This document shows, piece by piece, positions 39,095-50,678 of a stretch of DNA of 64,000 nt. The notes beneath the pieces are model-generated. The model was not told the origin of the DNA, ran no database searches, and saw only the letters and a program-made list of their open reading frames with translations. Each line of letters begins with the position of its first letter. Position 1 is the first letter of the stretch. A program made the position numbers and the translations under genes. The stretch is from Haliotis cracherodii (Eukaryota): assembly GCF_022045235.1 (NCBI RefSeq), contig NW_027266267.1, positions 33,356,001 through 33,420,000 of the forward strand. The letters run 5' to 3'.

Positions 39095-40250
39095 TTTGTT
39101 TCGAAGATGTCATATAAGAGTCTAATGTTCTCGCTAATACACCTACCAGGGATAAATCCTGTCTGGTTATCGTTGATAAGGAGATCCAGTGTCTTTTTAT
39201 CCTATTTGTAAAAAAAGTGCTGATAATCTTATAAAGAGCATTTAAAAGAGAAATAGGTCTCCATTTCTTTTTTTTTTAAAAAACGTCTTTCTTTATTTGG
39301 TTTTGGAGTGCATGTTATGGCTCCTCTATTTACTGTTAAACTCATAGAGTTGTTTTGTAAGTGTTCTTGATATAGCGATAAATCCAAATGTTAATATTTG
39401 AAAAAATTGATAGGACAACCAAAAAGTCCCTGGTTCTTTTTATTCTTTATTGAGTTAATAACAGCAGCTGTCTCGTTAATTTTTATTTCTTCATCTAGTT
39501 CTTCTGAAAGAGTTTTATATAAAGTTGGAGTAGTAATATCTTTCAAACAATGTCTTTTCTACGTCAATATCGTCTATCGACTTGTATAATTAATACTATT
39601 GTTCGTAAAGGTTTTCCTGTTCGTGTATTATTAAAGTACCCGCTGTCATTTCCTCACCTTAAGCAGTAATAATAGTACCTTGATACGTTTAATCGTATAG
39701 TTCCTGTTTTCTAAGAAGCTAATTAGTTGGTTTCTCTCCTTCGTTATGCCACTGTATACTATTACGGATTTTAATTCCTCTCATTTCTTCCTCTTTAATT
39801 GTTTCGAGCTCCGATTTTCGTCCAGATAGTTCGGATAAAAATGTTTCGCTTGAGTTTTGAAAGTCGTGTCTTACTCGTTTTTACTCATTCCAATATATCA
39901 TTTTCTATTTATTTATGTTTGTTCTCTTTTATTGTTTTCAAGTGTGTAGAATACGAGATAGTTTTTCCTCTTACTTTCATACAAATGTCTCAATGAATAG
40001 CGAATCGGTAATTGTAAGATCTGAAGTTTCGTCAGGGATATTTCGTCAGGGACGTTTGGTTTCGTCTAAAATAGCTATTACCATTGCATATTAAATTTTC
40101 GTAGTAATGATGTTAAACGTTCAATTGTCATAAGATTTTCATTATCTTTGGAAATATGAACATCCTGCAAACAAATTATAGACAATTTTTTTTTCTATAT
40201 AAATCCATGAATCTTTTCGACCAGGCTTCTACACACAGCTGAGACTATAT
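39095..40250 (-). mobile_element. Degenerate Tx1/L1-type LINE ORF2 relic
   Basis: Minus strand reads WRPISLLNALYKII...NQTGFIPGRCISENIRLLYDI; heavily decayed. Confidence 0.7.
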
Positions 40251-40496
40251 GTACTTTATCATTTATTCACATGTATCAATAATCCATATTTCTCTTGAAA
40301 TAAAGTGTTATGTACACACTGGAATGATTTTTTGCTTTGCATAACGATGGTAGAGGATACAAAGAAAAAAACAAAGAAATATCCATTGTTGCCATGAGCT
40401 CTGGTTTATGAGATGAAGAAGGCAACTATCTTCCCATGGATTAGCAGGATAGTCACAAATACTACATTGATCTATATACACCTACATATATCTACA

Positions 40497-40815
40497 TGGT
40501 TGGCTGGTTGGTTTGTTGCTTAACCCCGCAACCAGCAATATTCCAGCTATATGACGTCGGTCTGTAAAATAATCGAGTCTGGATCAGACAATCTAGGGAT
40601 TAATATCATGAGCATCGATTCAAGCAATTACGATCGTTGACATGCATCAACCAAGCCAGTGAGCCTGACCATTCGATCCCGTTAATCGCCTCTTACGACA
40701 AGCATAGTCGCCTTTTACGACAAGCATGGGTTGCTGAAGACCTTTTCTACCCCGGATCTTCACGGGCCGATATAACACGAGCATCGATCCACGCAATTGG
40801 GACCGATGACATGTA
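40497..40815 (-). mobile_element. SINE family 1 plus a short adjacent internal fragment
   Basis: Similarity to the other copies. Confidence 0.85.
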
Positions 40816-41048
40816 CCTACATGGACATACACATATACTCGAAAATAAACATATATATACGTAAACATACGTAAACACGGCTGCCAGCACATATAGCATA
40901 CATGTGCATACAGTATTCAATGCTAGTATGTGGATACGGTGTAAAGCAATCAGGTTATAGATAAATTGTTTCACAGCTTTACTTACATATTGTGCTAGTG
41001 AATTAGCAGTTCAAAATGTCCGCGCGAATATACACTGATAAATTGCAG

Positions 41049-41304
41049 ACATCACAAAACAATGTCTTGTCCTTGCCACAAAACAACGAGAATCTATCGG
41101 GACAACACGTGTTTGCACTGTAGGCCGACGAGAACAACTCAACACATTGAATGTCCAACATATGGCCTGTTTGTAGAAACATATCTTACGAAATAAACTG
41201 AACATGTAACATCTGGTGACTGTGGGAAATAATTTAGTCCGCATATCCTACACATTCAACAGTTTTGATATGCCGTGAAAAACAGTGGGAAAACATTATC
41301 TGCA
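41049..41304 (+). pseudogene. Decayed Cys-rich (sushi/CCP-like) exon within gene 2
   Basis: ttgcag| ... TGC A|gtaagt. The pieces SCPCHKTTRIYRDNTCLHCRPTRTTQHIECPTYG and YPTHSTVLICREKQWENIIC lie in different frames with stops; 256 bp is not a multiple of 3. Confidence 0.45.
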
Positions 41305-42188
41305 GTAAGTTCCATGTAAACAGAGAGAGTCTTAATGTGTTCACGTCAGGTTATGTTTACACTGTCTACTGGTAAACCTTGCGCCAGGAAGATGCTGATT
41401 CCTTCGTGTCTTTGGACTCCAGGAATACTCCGGCTGAAATCACACTTATCCTTGTCCAGATCTTGTTATCAGCGACTAACGGTTGATGCCTGTCATCGTA
41501 TCTCAATTGCGTTGATCGATGCGCATGATGTCAATCACAGGACTGTCTGGTCCAGACCCGATTATTTACAGACCGCCATCATATAGCTGGAATGTTGCCG
41601 AGTCGAACGTTAAACAACAAAGAAACTGTTATCAGCGTCACGAATTGATGCAGCTTCAATCAGATATCAGGGTTAATAGTTGACCCCTCTTCCTTTGGTT
41701 TCTAATGTTTGTAGTTGGTTTATAGGCCTCAATTAATAAAGATTATTCAGATTTATCCATGGTTCAGCGTGAGCCAGCGGGAAACACGATAGCGGTCGAT
41801 CATGCGCAACCGGAAGTGATTAGGATGATTGTTTGTAAGTTAAGCAGAAAGTTTAAATTAACAAGTATTTTTCGACCTAAATTGAGGTAAGAATACAAAA
41901 ATGCTTTCAATGAGGTGATCTTACATACACTATCCAGGTGATCATTATTTTAGGCTACTTCAACACCCTTTGAGAGTAACCGCCGTCACATCGCTTGCAT
42001 ATTGCTGAGTGCAAACAAACAAACAATGCTATTAATAGTTCACTTTTTCAACTTTAACAAACATGTATTCTTTAATAAAGCTTAATTCATACATTGACTT
42101 CTGACTTGACGTGAGTGGCGGTGTAGATCATACTATTCAGCTGTTGATATCAACTCATCATTTCCATCAATTTTCCCTTTTTCATCAG

Positions 42189-42299
42189 CTACCGCTACCA
42201 CCACAACTGCCTTGACTCAACCCACCACCACCACCACCACGACTCGACCAACTTCGACAAGGACTACGCTGTGTCCTACCACTGTTAATATGTCAAATG
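42189..42299 (+). CDS. Gene 2 Thr-rich (mucin-like) linker exon
   Basis: Strong acceptor ttttccctttttcatcag|, donor |gtatgt, 111 bp, phase 1-1. Encodes ATATTTTALTQPTTTTTTTRPTSTRTTLCPTTVNMSN. Confidence 0.75.
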
Positions 42300-42821
42300 G
42301 TATGTGTAACTGTTTACAACTGCCATTATAGGGATGTCTTTTACTGATAATTATTTAAGAATAACTTTTTACAAACTACTTCTTACGGAAAATACCTATT
42401 ATGGAAATTCTATTTTAAACATTATGTATTGATGAGATTAATCTTAGTTATGCATGGACTTTTGACGTGTTGTGGCGCTATAACACCATAATATTCCACT
42501 GTTGATATAAACTTTATCTTTTAATATTATTTTTTTCCATTTATTTCCGCTCAGGTTTAGTGAGCACACTTTACTATCCTTTCCATAATAACATTCTGCT
42601 CACATGTAATTCATAACTAGGTTGCGTAGATCGAAACTCATGATGTCAATCACTGGATTGTCTGGTCCAATATATGTCTGATTTTATATATACCGCCGTA
42701 ATATAGCTGGAATATTTCTGAGTGCGGCGTTAAACAAACAAGCATGACTAGGTTTATTTTATATCTTCCTAAAATATGTTTATATCCTCCATTGACCATC
42801 ATTATTAATTTATTCCTACAG

Positions 42822-42961
42822 TTCTACACACATACGTTGGGTGTTACGGTGCTTACTGGTTATTTGTTCTTCCAAACGACTGCAAGTTTGACAAATACCA
42901 GTCAACTGACAGGTGCAAGCGGCACTGCCACACAAGAAACCACACCTACTTTGGAAATCAG
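42822..42961 (+). CDS. Gene 2 WSC domain, first half
   Basis: Acceptor ttattcctacag|, donor CAG|gtagac (phase 1 in, phase 0 out). Encodes VLHTYVGCYGAYWLFVLPNDCKFDKYQSTDRCKRHCHTRNHTYFGNQ, the WSC YxGCY...C-x3-C...YFGxQ pattern. Confidence 0.85.
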
Positions 42962-43086
42962 GTAGACAGAGATGCGATTGAATATAGTATTGCCATAAAA
43001 GTCACCATTGTCTGTTCCATTAGTCACATTACTGCAAGAGAGAGAACCATCATTGTTACATTGTCAAAGTAGTTGCAGCAGCAAAA

Positions 43087-43697
43087 ACCCGTGAAGATCC
43101 GGGGTAGAATAGGTCTTCAGCAGCCCATGCTTGCCGTAAAAGGCGACTATGATTGTCGTAAAAGGCGCTAACGGGATCGGGTGGTCAGGCTCGCTGACTG
43201 GGTTGATACATGTCATAGATCCCAATTGCGTGGATCGATGCTCATGATATTAATCACTGGATTGCCTGGTCCGGACTCGATTATTTACAGACCGACGACA
43301 TACAGCTGGAATATTGCTGAGTGGAGCGTTAAACAACAACAGGCCCCCAGCAACGCATGCTTGTCGTAAGAGGCAACTAACGGGATCGGGTGGTCAGGCT
43401 CGCTGACTTGGTTGATGAACGTCATCGATCCCAATTGCGTGGATCGATGATCATTATATTAATCACTGGATTAGAATAGGTCTCCAGCAACCCATGCTTA
43501 TCGTAAGAGGCGACAATCGGAATCGGGTGGTCAGGCTCGCTGACCTGGTTGATGAACGTCATCGATCCCAATTGCGTGGATCGATGCTCATGATAACAAT
43601 CACTGGATTGTCTGGCCCAGACTCGATTATTTACAGACTGCCGTCATATAGCTGGAATATTGCTGAGTTCGGCGTTAAACAACAAACGAACAAACAA
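43087..43697 (+). mobile_element. Three head-to-tail SINE family 1 units (full + partial + 5'-truncated)
   Basis: Units at ~43087-43340, ~43345-43470 and ~43472-43697. Confidence 0.85.
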
Positions 43698-43770
43698 TAC
43701 AAACTATTGAGGCACATGCTCAACTGACACAAGCCTCATCACTTCGCTATCCCATAATACGGGTTAAGCA

Positions 43771-43937
43771 GGGGCGGACGGGTAGCCTAGTGGTTGAAGC
43801 GTTCGCTCGTCACGCCGAAGACCCGGGATCGATTCTCGACATGGGTACCATTGGTGAAGCCCATTTCAGGTGTCCCCCGCCGTGATATTGCTGGAATATT
43901 GCTAAAGGCGGCGTAAAGCCATACTCACTCACTCACT
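43771..43937 (+). mobile_element. SINE family 2 (tRNA-derived, ~167 bp, (ACTC)n tail)
   Basis: A box tagcctagtgg, B-box-like ggatcgattct; TSD ggttaagca at 43762-43770 and 43938-43946. Confidence 0.9.
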
Positions 43938-44049
43938 GGTTAAGCATAGGTCCCCGTGTCGTATGAGGACACAAGTGGATCGTGAGTTCAGTCGGTTTCT
44001 TGTCATTGTGCCAATGTATCAGACCAAAACATACGACTTGTCCAATACA

Positions 44050-44400
44050 TCAGACCAATCCCCCAAATAACTACATCTAATCAGTCACTCGGAAATGCAA
44101 TAGGCCGGTAATGAGACCAGTTTATCAGACTATTTTATCAGACCAATCCCTCAAATCAGTACATCTGATTAGTCACTCGGAAATGCAATAGGCCGGTAAT
44201 GAGACCAGTTTATCAGACCAGTTTATCCCACTAGTTTATCCCACTAGTTTATCCCACTAGTTTATCAGACTAGTTTATCAGACCAATCCCTCAAATCAGT
44301 ACATCTAATCAGTCAATCGGTAATGCAACAGGCCGGTAATGAGACCGGTTTATCAGACCAGTTTATCACACTTGTTTATCACACTAGTTTATCAGACCAA
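44050..44400. repeat. Compound tandem repeat: ~3 copies of an ~85-bp unit with nested (CCACTAGTTTATC)-type 13-mers
   Basis: atcagaccaatccc...ggccggtaatgagacc recurs at ~44050, ~44137 and ~44277. Confidence 0.8.
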
Positions 44401-44679
44401 TGCGTCAGACTAATACGTCAGACCACGTCACCATACCACGACATCAGAACATATGATATATTATTACCTACGTATTTCGCTCGGTTAGATACCATAGAAA
44501 GTTCACTCGTTTCGTAAAAATAGTACCTTAAGAGAACGAGTGTAGTATTCTCCATGTAACCACTAGATACTCAAATATCTGCTGCTGGTGACCTGCCGAA
44601 TAATATCCATAATCAATGATCCATATCCAATTGTGACGAGCACCACAGTTCCAGTTTCATTATTTCCTTCTTCAAAATT

Positions 44680-44815
44680 ACAGGTTTAGACATATCCATC
44701 AGGTTATCGAGGGTTTAGTGTTAAAATATGCTTAAAATCAGATACAGGTTTAGACATATCCATCAGGTTATCGAGGGTTTAGTGTTAAAAAAATGCTTAA
44801 AATCAGATATAGGTT
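44680..44815. repeat. ~64-bp direct tandem duplication just upstream of the last WSC exon
   Basis: acaggtttagacatatccatcaggttatcgagggtttagtgttaaaa...cttaaaatcagat occurs twice. Confidence 0.85.
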
Positions 44816-44839
44816 TGCTAATGTCACCTCTGATTTCAG

Positions 44840-44983
44840 TATGGAAGGCTATGCTACTGCGGTGATGTCATCAAAGACAAGTACCCCAAGAGACCCGACA
44901 CTGACTGCAACTTCCCATGTCCTGGTGACAACAGCACGATGTGTGGGGGATACTGGAGGATTTCCATCTATAAGATTGTCTAG
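44840..44983 (+). CDS. Gene 2 WSC domain, second half (terminal exon)
   Basis: Acceptor ctctgatttcag|, phase 0. Encodes YGRLCYCGDVIKDKYPKRPDTDCNFPCPGDNSTMCGGYWRISIYKIV*, the WSC CxCG...C-x3-CxG...CGG...SIY pattern. Confidence 0.9.
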   Translation, partial: YGRLCYCGDVIKDKYPKRPDTDCNFPCPGDNSTMCGGYWRISIYKIV

Positions 44984-45020
44984 TGTATAACAGCTGTTTC
45001 AAATGGTCACTTGTTCCGTG

Positions 45021-45294
45021 GGACCCTTGAAGATCCGGGGTAGAATAGGTCTTCAGCAACCCATGCTTGCCGTAAAAGGCGACTATGCTTGTGGTAAGAG
45101 GCGACTAACGGGATCGGGTGGTCAGGCTCGCTGACTTGGTTGAAGAGTGTCATCGATCCCAATTGCGTGGATCGATGCTCATGATATTAATCACTGGATT
45201 GTCTGGTCCAGACTCGATTATTCACAGACCACCGTCATATAGCTGGTATATTGCTGACTGCCGCGTTAAACAACAAACCAACCAATCAACCAAC
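45021..45294 (+). mobile_element. SINE family 1 (Meta/MESC-like core, no tRNA head), representative full copy
   Basis: gaccc(g)tgaagatccggggtagaataggtcttcagcaacccatgc...gcgttaaacaacaaac; TSD cact(t/a)gttccgtg at 45008-45020 and 45295-45307. Confidence 0.9.
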
Positions 45295-45777
45295 CACTAG
45301 TTCCGTGACATGCAGTAGACATTCAACACTACACATACTGAGTCACATAAGGCTTATGAACCATGACTGTGGCTCTGTAAAGGGAAGATACATGTACATC
45401 ACTAACCCACAAAGGAAGACAGTTATCTGTGTTGTCGCATATTGCTGAGGCCCCTGCGTCTTCACTCTTGTATTTGGATCAATTACCATTTCAGATTTCT
45501 GAAGAAGAATTCCAATATCTCTGTTTCATTGAAATTACATTGTATGTAAGCAATAGCCACGCTTGTTATCATTTCTGACTTTACACTCATACATATGACA
45601 AAACAATGTTATTTTTACGAACTCGAAAAAGGAACAATATTGACAGGAAAACATAATCTGAGGTTGATAAGTTTCATTTTGGCAGATAGGGCAACTGGGA
45701 GGAGGCGACGTCTTGTTTAACGGTTGATGACTGAGATTCATACAACCAACTACTGAAATGTTAACAGGAAAAAACAA

Positions 45778-46775
45778 CATATGTTTCGTGGGGGTTATGT
45801 CATACAGTGAAGATAGTATGGCGTGCATATGTTGCGTAGGGTTTATGCCATACGGTGAAGATAGTATGGCGTACATATGTTGCGTGGGGGTTATGTCGTA
45901 CAGTGAAGATAGGAAGGCGTGCATATTTTGCGTGGGGGTTATGTCATACAGTGAAAATAATATGGCGCTCATATTTTGCGTGGGGGTTATGTCGTACAGT
46001 GAAAATAATATGGCGTGCATATGTTGCATGGGGGTTATGTCGTACAGTGAAAATAGTATGGGGTGCATATGTTGCGTGGGGGTTATGTCATACAGTGAAG
46101 ATAGTATGGCGTGCATATGTTGCGTGGGTGTTATGTCGTACAGTGAAAATAGTATGGGGTGCATATGTTGCGTGGGGGTTATGTCGTACAGTGAAAATAG
46201 TATGGGGTGCATATGTTGCGTGGGTGTTATGTCGTACAGTGAAAATAGTATGGCGTACATATGTTGCGTGGGGGTTATGTCGTACAGTGAAAATAGTATG
46301 GCGTGCATATGTTGCGTGGGGGTTATGTGATACAGTGAAAATAATATGGCGTGCATATGTTGCGGGGGGTTATGTCATACAGTGAAGATAGTAAGGAGTG
46401 CATATGTTGCGTGGGGGTTATGTCATACAGTGAAAATAGTATGGCGTGCATATGTTGCGTGGGGGTTATGTCATACAGTGAAGATAGTATGGCGTACATA
46501 TGTTGCGTGGGGGTTATGTGATACAGTGAAAATAATATGGCGTGCATATGTTGCGTGGGGGTTATGTCATACAGTGAAAATAATATGGCGTGTATATTTT
46601 GCGTAGGGGTTATGTCATACAGTGAAAATAGTATGGCGTGCATATGTTGCATGGGGGTTATGCCATACAGTGAAAATAATATGGCGTTTATATTTTGCGT
46701 GGGGGTTATGTCATACAGTGAAAATAGTATGGCGTGCATATGTTGCGTGGGGGTTATGTGATACAGTGAAAATAG
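45778..46775. repeat. 48-bp minisatellite (GTTGCGTGGGGGTTATGTCATACAGTGAAAATAGTATGGCGTGCATAT)n, ~21 copies
   Basis: Read directly; 16-aa periodicity in the ORF track. Confidence 0.95.
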
Positions 46776-46932
46776 TAGATGTGGCTCAGTAATCTGGTAT
46801 GACTGGCCATATTGAAAGTTTACCAACTGTTTTGATGTATCGTCTGGTCATTTACAACCAACTTGTTTGTCTTCAACCTTTTTATGTCAGTTGAAAATCA
46901 ATGTCTAACATTATATATCACTCGTTACTGTG

Positions 46933-47192
46933 GTTGGTTGGTGTAACGTCGCACACAGGAATATTCCAGCTATATGACGGCGGTCTGTCAATAATCGAGT
47001 CTGGAGCAGACAATCCAGTGGTTTGACATCAGGAGCATCGATCCACGCGATTGGGATCGATGACGTGCATCAACCAAGTCAGCGAGCCTGACCACCCGAT
47101 CCCGTTAGTCGCCTTTTACGAGAAGCATAGTCGCCTTTTAAGGCAAGCATGGGTTGCTGAAGACCTATTCTACCTCGGATCTTCACGTGTCC
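46933..47192 (-). mobile_element. SINE family 1
   Basis: TSD cgttactgtg on both sides. Confidence 0.9.
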
Positions 47193-47739
47193 CCGTTACT
47201 GTGAAACTGAATCTTACATTATGATCGAGTAGTTGCGAAACAATAATCATTTGTGAAAAATAAGTAATTGGAAAGAGAATAAATACGAGTAAGTATATAA
47301 TTAAGACAAGACAAGACAAGACAAGATTTTGTTCAGTGAATAGGCCTCCAGTCCATAATACAATACTATATACATGAAATGCATGTAGGCTATCAATGTA
47401 GCTATGATTATGAAACAAGTCATGTTTATAAATAAATATAGTCAAATACCTATGCTTAAACAACCAAAGGTTCTTCTCGTCTACTTCTAACCTTCAGCAA
47501 CAACTTCCCAATATTCATTTTAATAGTTTTAACTGTTGATGGCATTAATGATAAAAATGTTAAATAATTGGAGCAATGTCTTATTGTGTTAGGTATTTAT
47601 TTCTGACAGTCTGATATCTTTGGCATATGATGAGAACATAATATTCATCTGTTTCAACTGTTAGCCTAAATAATTGTATTAAGTGGATCGGAATGTCATA
47701 AGAAAGATATAATTCAGGGGTCAATTTAAGAATTGACTT

Positions 47740-48070
47740 GAAGGGAAGATGTATACCCGGCTGGGGTCCATGCAGAAAGCTGAAGTACTGTAAGTCCCCA
47801 TGGTCCCTAGTGTGGTGATCTATCTTCAGTTGCTGGCCATCTATAGCCCGTTTTTATAATGTAATGTTTTGTATAGTGCTTTTGATTTTATGATTACCAT
47901 CTAGTTTCAAATATATTTCTGTGATAAGTTTAGTTATTTTACTGTCCTCCGTTGGCAGGTTTTTATGTAAGTCCCTATGTATTTATTATTTTTAAACCTT
48001 GATAGTCACGATATGGCTGAAATATTGCAGATGTGACTTAAAATTTTAACTTACTCACTCACTCACTCAC
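47740..48070 (+). mobile_element. Short LINE 3'-end insertion with (ACTC)n tail
   Basis: Ends gtcacgatatggctgaaatattgc...(actc)n; 13-bp TSD taagaattgactt at 47727-47739 and 48071-48083. Related tail fragments at ~13625-13685 and ~25340-25395 (-). Confidence 0.75.
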
Positions 48071-48928
48071 TAAGAATTGACTTTCACTTTGTGTGAATTC
48101 ATTGGAGTATGCACCTTCACAGATTGAGGGCCAAACTGTATGACCGTCGGAGCTTGCGTGAAAGTCATCCTAAAATTTATTCTCACAATTTCTTACCTCA
48201 ACGGATGTAGGCCAAGATCTATACACAATTTTAGTGTGACTTCATGTTTACACTGACCGCCATACAACAACCAGCTATATCGCGGAATATAATAGTTCCT
48301 CAAAAAGAGAGGTGACATGAGCGTATGGATTCACAACTTGCTCTTCAGAAACAACTTACGCAACACACGTATTCAAATAATATCACCATTAGATGAGAAA
48401 GGTCTGGTAAGTCAGTCACAATGACAGCGCGTCGTAATACATTTACATCAAGTACAAGACGTCAAAATGGCCAGTAACGGGAGAGATTTCCGAAGTTGTT
48501 AATGAACCCGTGGCGGTTACATGTGTTAGTCATCATTGATCAACTGGTCGATCAATGAAAAGTGATTAAAGATGCGTCAAACAGACACTAAGGTAAATTT
48601 CATAGATTGCTGTCAGCCTAGAACCGGATCAAGTCGCGATCGATACAACGATAGTTTGGATGTGCATTTCTTCGTTTTGTTCATTAGGATGGGCCGTAGT
48701 GAGAATATTCGTGAACAATCATGCAGTCAAACTCTCTGACGTTTATACTAAAACGCTCAGTTCAAGATTATAGGTTCTAAATGATCAGACAGAACGCTTC
48801 TGTATGTATTCGTGCTATGGAATTCCCAGGATTTTCCCAAGGAATGTGGAAGTAGTCCGTCAGTGTTTATGTCATTTCAAGAACACGGTCTCGTGGAAAA
48901 ACCTTTGAACGTCAAATTGTGGCGTTCA

Positions 48929-49103
48929 TATAAGAATTGAACGTCAGTTTGGATGGGTTCATTGATGTGTGAACGATTTAAAAGGGCTGGTTAAACTGGG
49001 TGAACCTAGGAGCTTGCGAGGAGGTTCACACGAAAGTTTAACCAGCGATTTTAAATCGTTCACACTTCATTGAACCCATCCAAACTGACGTTCAATTCTT
49101 ATA
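48929..49103. mobile_element. 175-bp palindromic MITE
   Basis: Arms of ~80 bp beginning tataagaattgaacgtcagtttggatgggttca and ending tgaacccatccaaactgacgttcaattcttata. Confidence 0.85.
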
Positions 49104-49735
49104 ATTTCATACTTTGTAGTTTATTGGTCCCGCCGAATAATATCGTAACAATGTTTGCTTAAATTTGAAGTTTTCTGGTTTCGCGGAAGAACATTGCAAC
49201 AATGTTTTATTTGCCGGCTCTCGGTCACAAACGTTTCTCCACTCATACTCAATTACGCAACGAAAAAAAGTTCTATGAATATATACCACATAATCTGAGA
49301 ATATGTAAACATTAAGATAATTTTATTCTCAGAACACACTGACAAACGATATTTGGGATTAATCAAATCTCAAAAATAGGTAACAGGATAGTGAACAACA
49401 ATATAAACCTGACTCGATGCACCGAGGCGAGGTCAGCCATCAAGTGTGGATTTATAAATGACGTCACATAAGTTTGTAAAGAGGTGCATTTCGAGTCGAA
49501 CGGGAGCATGTGGATGAATTTTATATTTACTACTGTTGAAAATGAAGTTTATGGAACAGTTATGGAAAACACGCCGACACCCATGGCACTAACGAAATGG
49601 GAATATCACTGATTTATGAATGTGTTGCTTGTGTTTGGATAATCGCGATGTGAAATGGACTGGTGAGGATTGAACGGAGTGCACTGAAACTGGTGTGTTT
49701 TGTGTCAGAGTGGGTTATATATGTTCACAAACTCC

Positions 49736-49983
49736 AATAGGTCTTCAGCAACCCATGCTTGCCGTAAAAGGCGACTATGCTTGTCTTAAGAGGCGACTAA
49801 AGGGATCGGGTGGTCAGGCTCGCTGACTTGGTTGATACATGTCATAGATCCCAATTGCGTGGATCGATGCTCATGATATTAATCACTGGATTGCCTGGTC
49901 CGGACTCGATTATTTACAGACCGACGACATACAGCTGGAATATTGCTGAGTGGAGCGTTAAACAACAAACCATCCAACCAACC
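49736..49983 (+). mobile_element. SINE family 1, slightly 5'-truncated
   Basis: Nearly identical to 43108-43340. Further partial copies at ~91-175, ~41470-41625, ~42620-42740 and 58161-58249. Confidence 0.9.
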
Positions 49984-50499
49984 ATTTCTCAGACTGACGG
50001 AGAGGTCCACCATTCCTAAATACCATCATTTTGTGTTATCCAAATTTGCTTTCACGGAAGTGCTCAAGTGCTTTTATCTTTTTTTGAAGTTGATTTGTAG
50101 TGTCTGACACAACAGAAACATCATCTGCATACATGAGATATACAAGATCCTATCCATCCTTTTTCTTCCATAACAGTTATTAACTGATTTATGAAGATAA
50201 TAAATATTTAAGGACTTAATATGCATCCAATGTTACTTTTAAAATAATCCGTTTGTCCACCACTAGTCCGTACACAGGCAGATAACTTTGAGCACATGGA
50301 TACAATAACTTTTAGAAGTTTAGAGCTGACTCATCTATGTGGCAGGCTGGCAAAGGGTGTTTCATGGTTAATGCTGTCAAAGGCCTTGGCGGAATAAATG
50401 AAGCGGCAGTAAAATCTTCCATGTTCTTTTATAAATATTATTTTAAACCATAACCTGTAATACAAAGATATTATCAATTATTGAATAATTTTGCCTAAA

Positions 50500-50645
50500 G
50501 CCGGTGTCACGAAATATATTCGCCCCCAGAATAAAGTCTCCCCCCGGCGAATTTATACCGGTACAGTTCCGCCCCTCTCGAAATAAACTCTCCCCCACCC
50601 TACGAAATAAAATCTCCCCCCAGACTATTTCCTTCCCCGGTCGTT
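50500..50645. mobile_element. Possible Helentron-associated (HINE-like) element end
   Basis: ccggtgtcacgaaatatattcgcc terminus with short internal repeats gaaataaa(a/c)tctccccc. Confidence 0.35.
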
Positions 50646-50678
50646 TTATAAATACTTGCCATGCAGTTCAATAGTTGA

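Noticed and set aside
43181-43727. Recurrent small ORFs MVRLADLVD... / MTCINQV...
   Set aside because: Translations of SINE family 1 copies, not a gene family.
43771-43845. Possible tRNA genes (also near 29228, 36180 and 39000)
   Set aside because: Cloverleaves are degenerate and continue into SINE bodies with tails and, in some copies, TSDs.
45535-46826. 16-aa repeat ORFs
   Set aside because: A 48-bp minisatellite with a 2-bp frameshifting unit; no splice or signal context.
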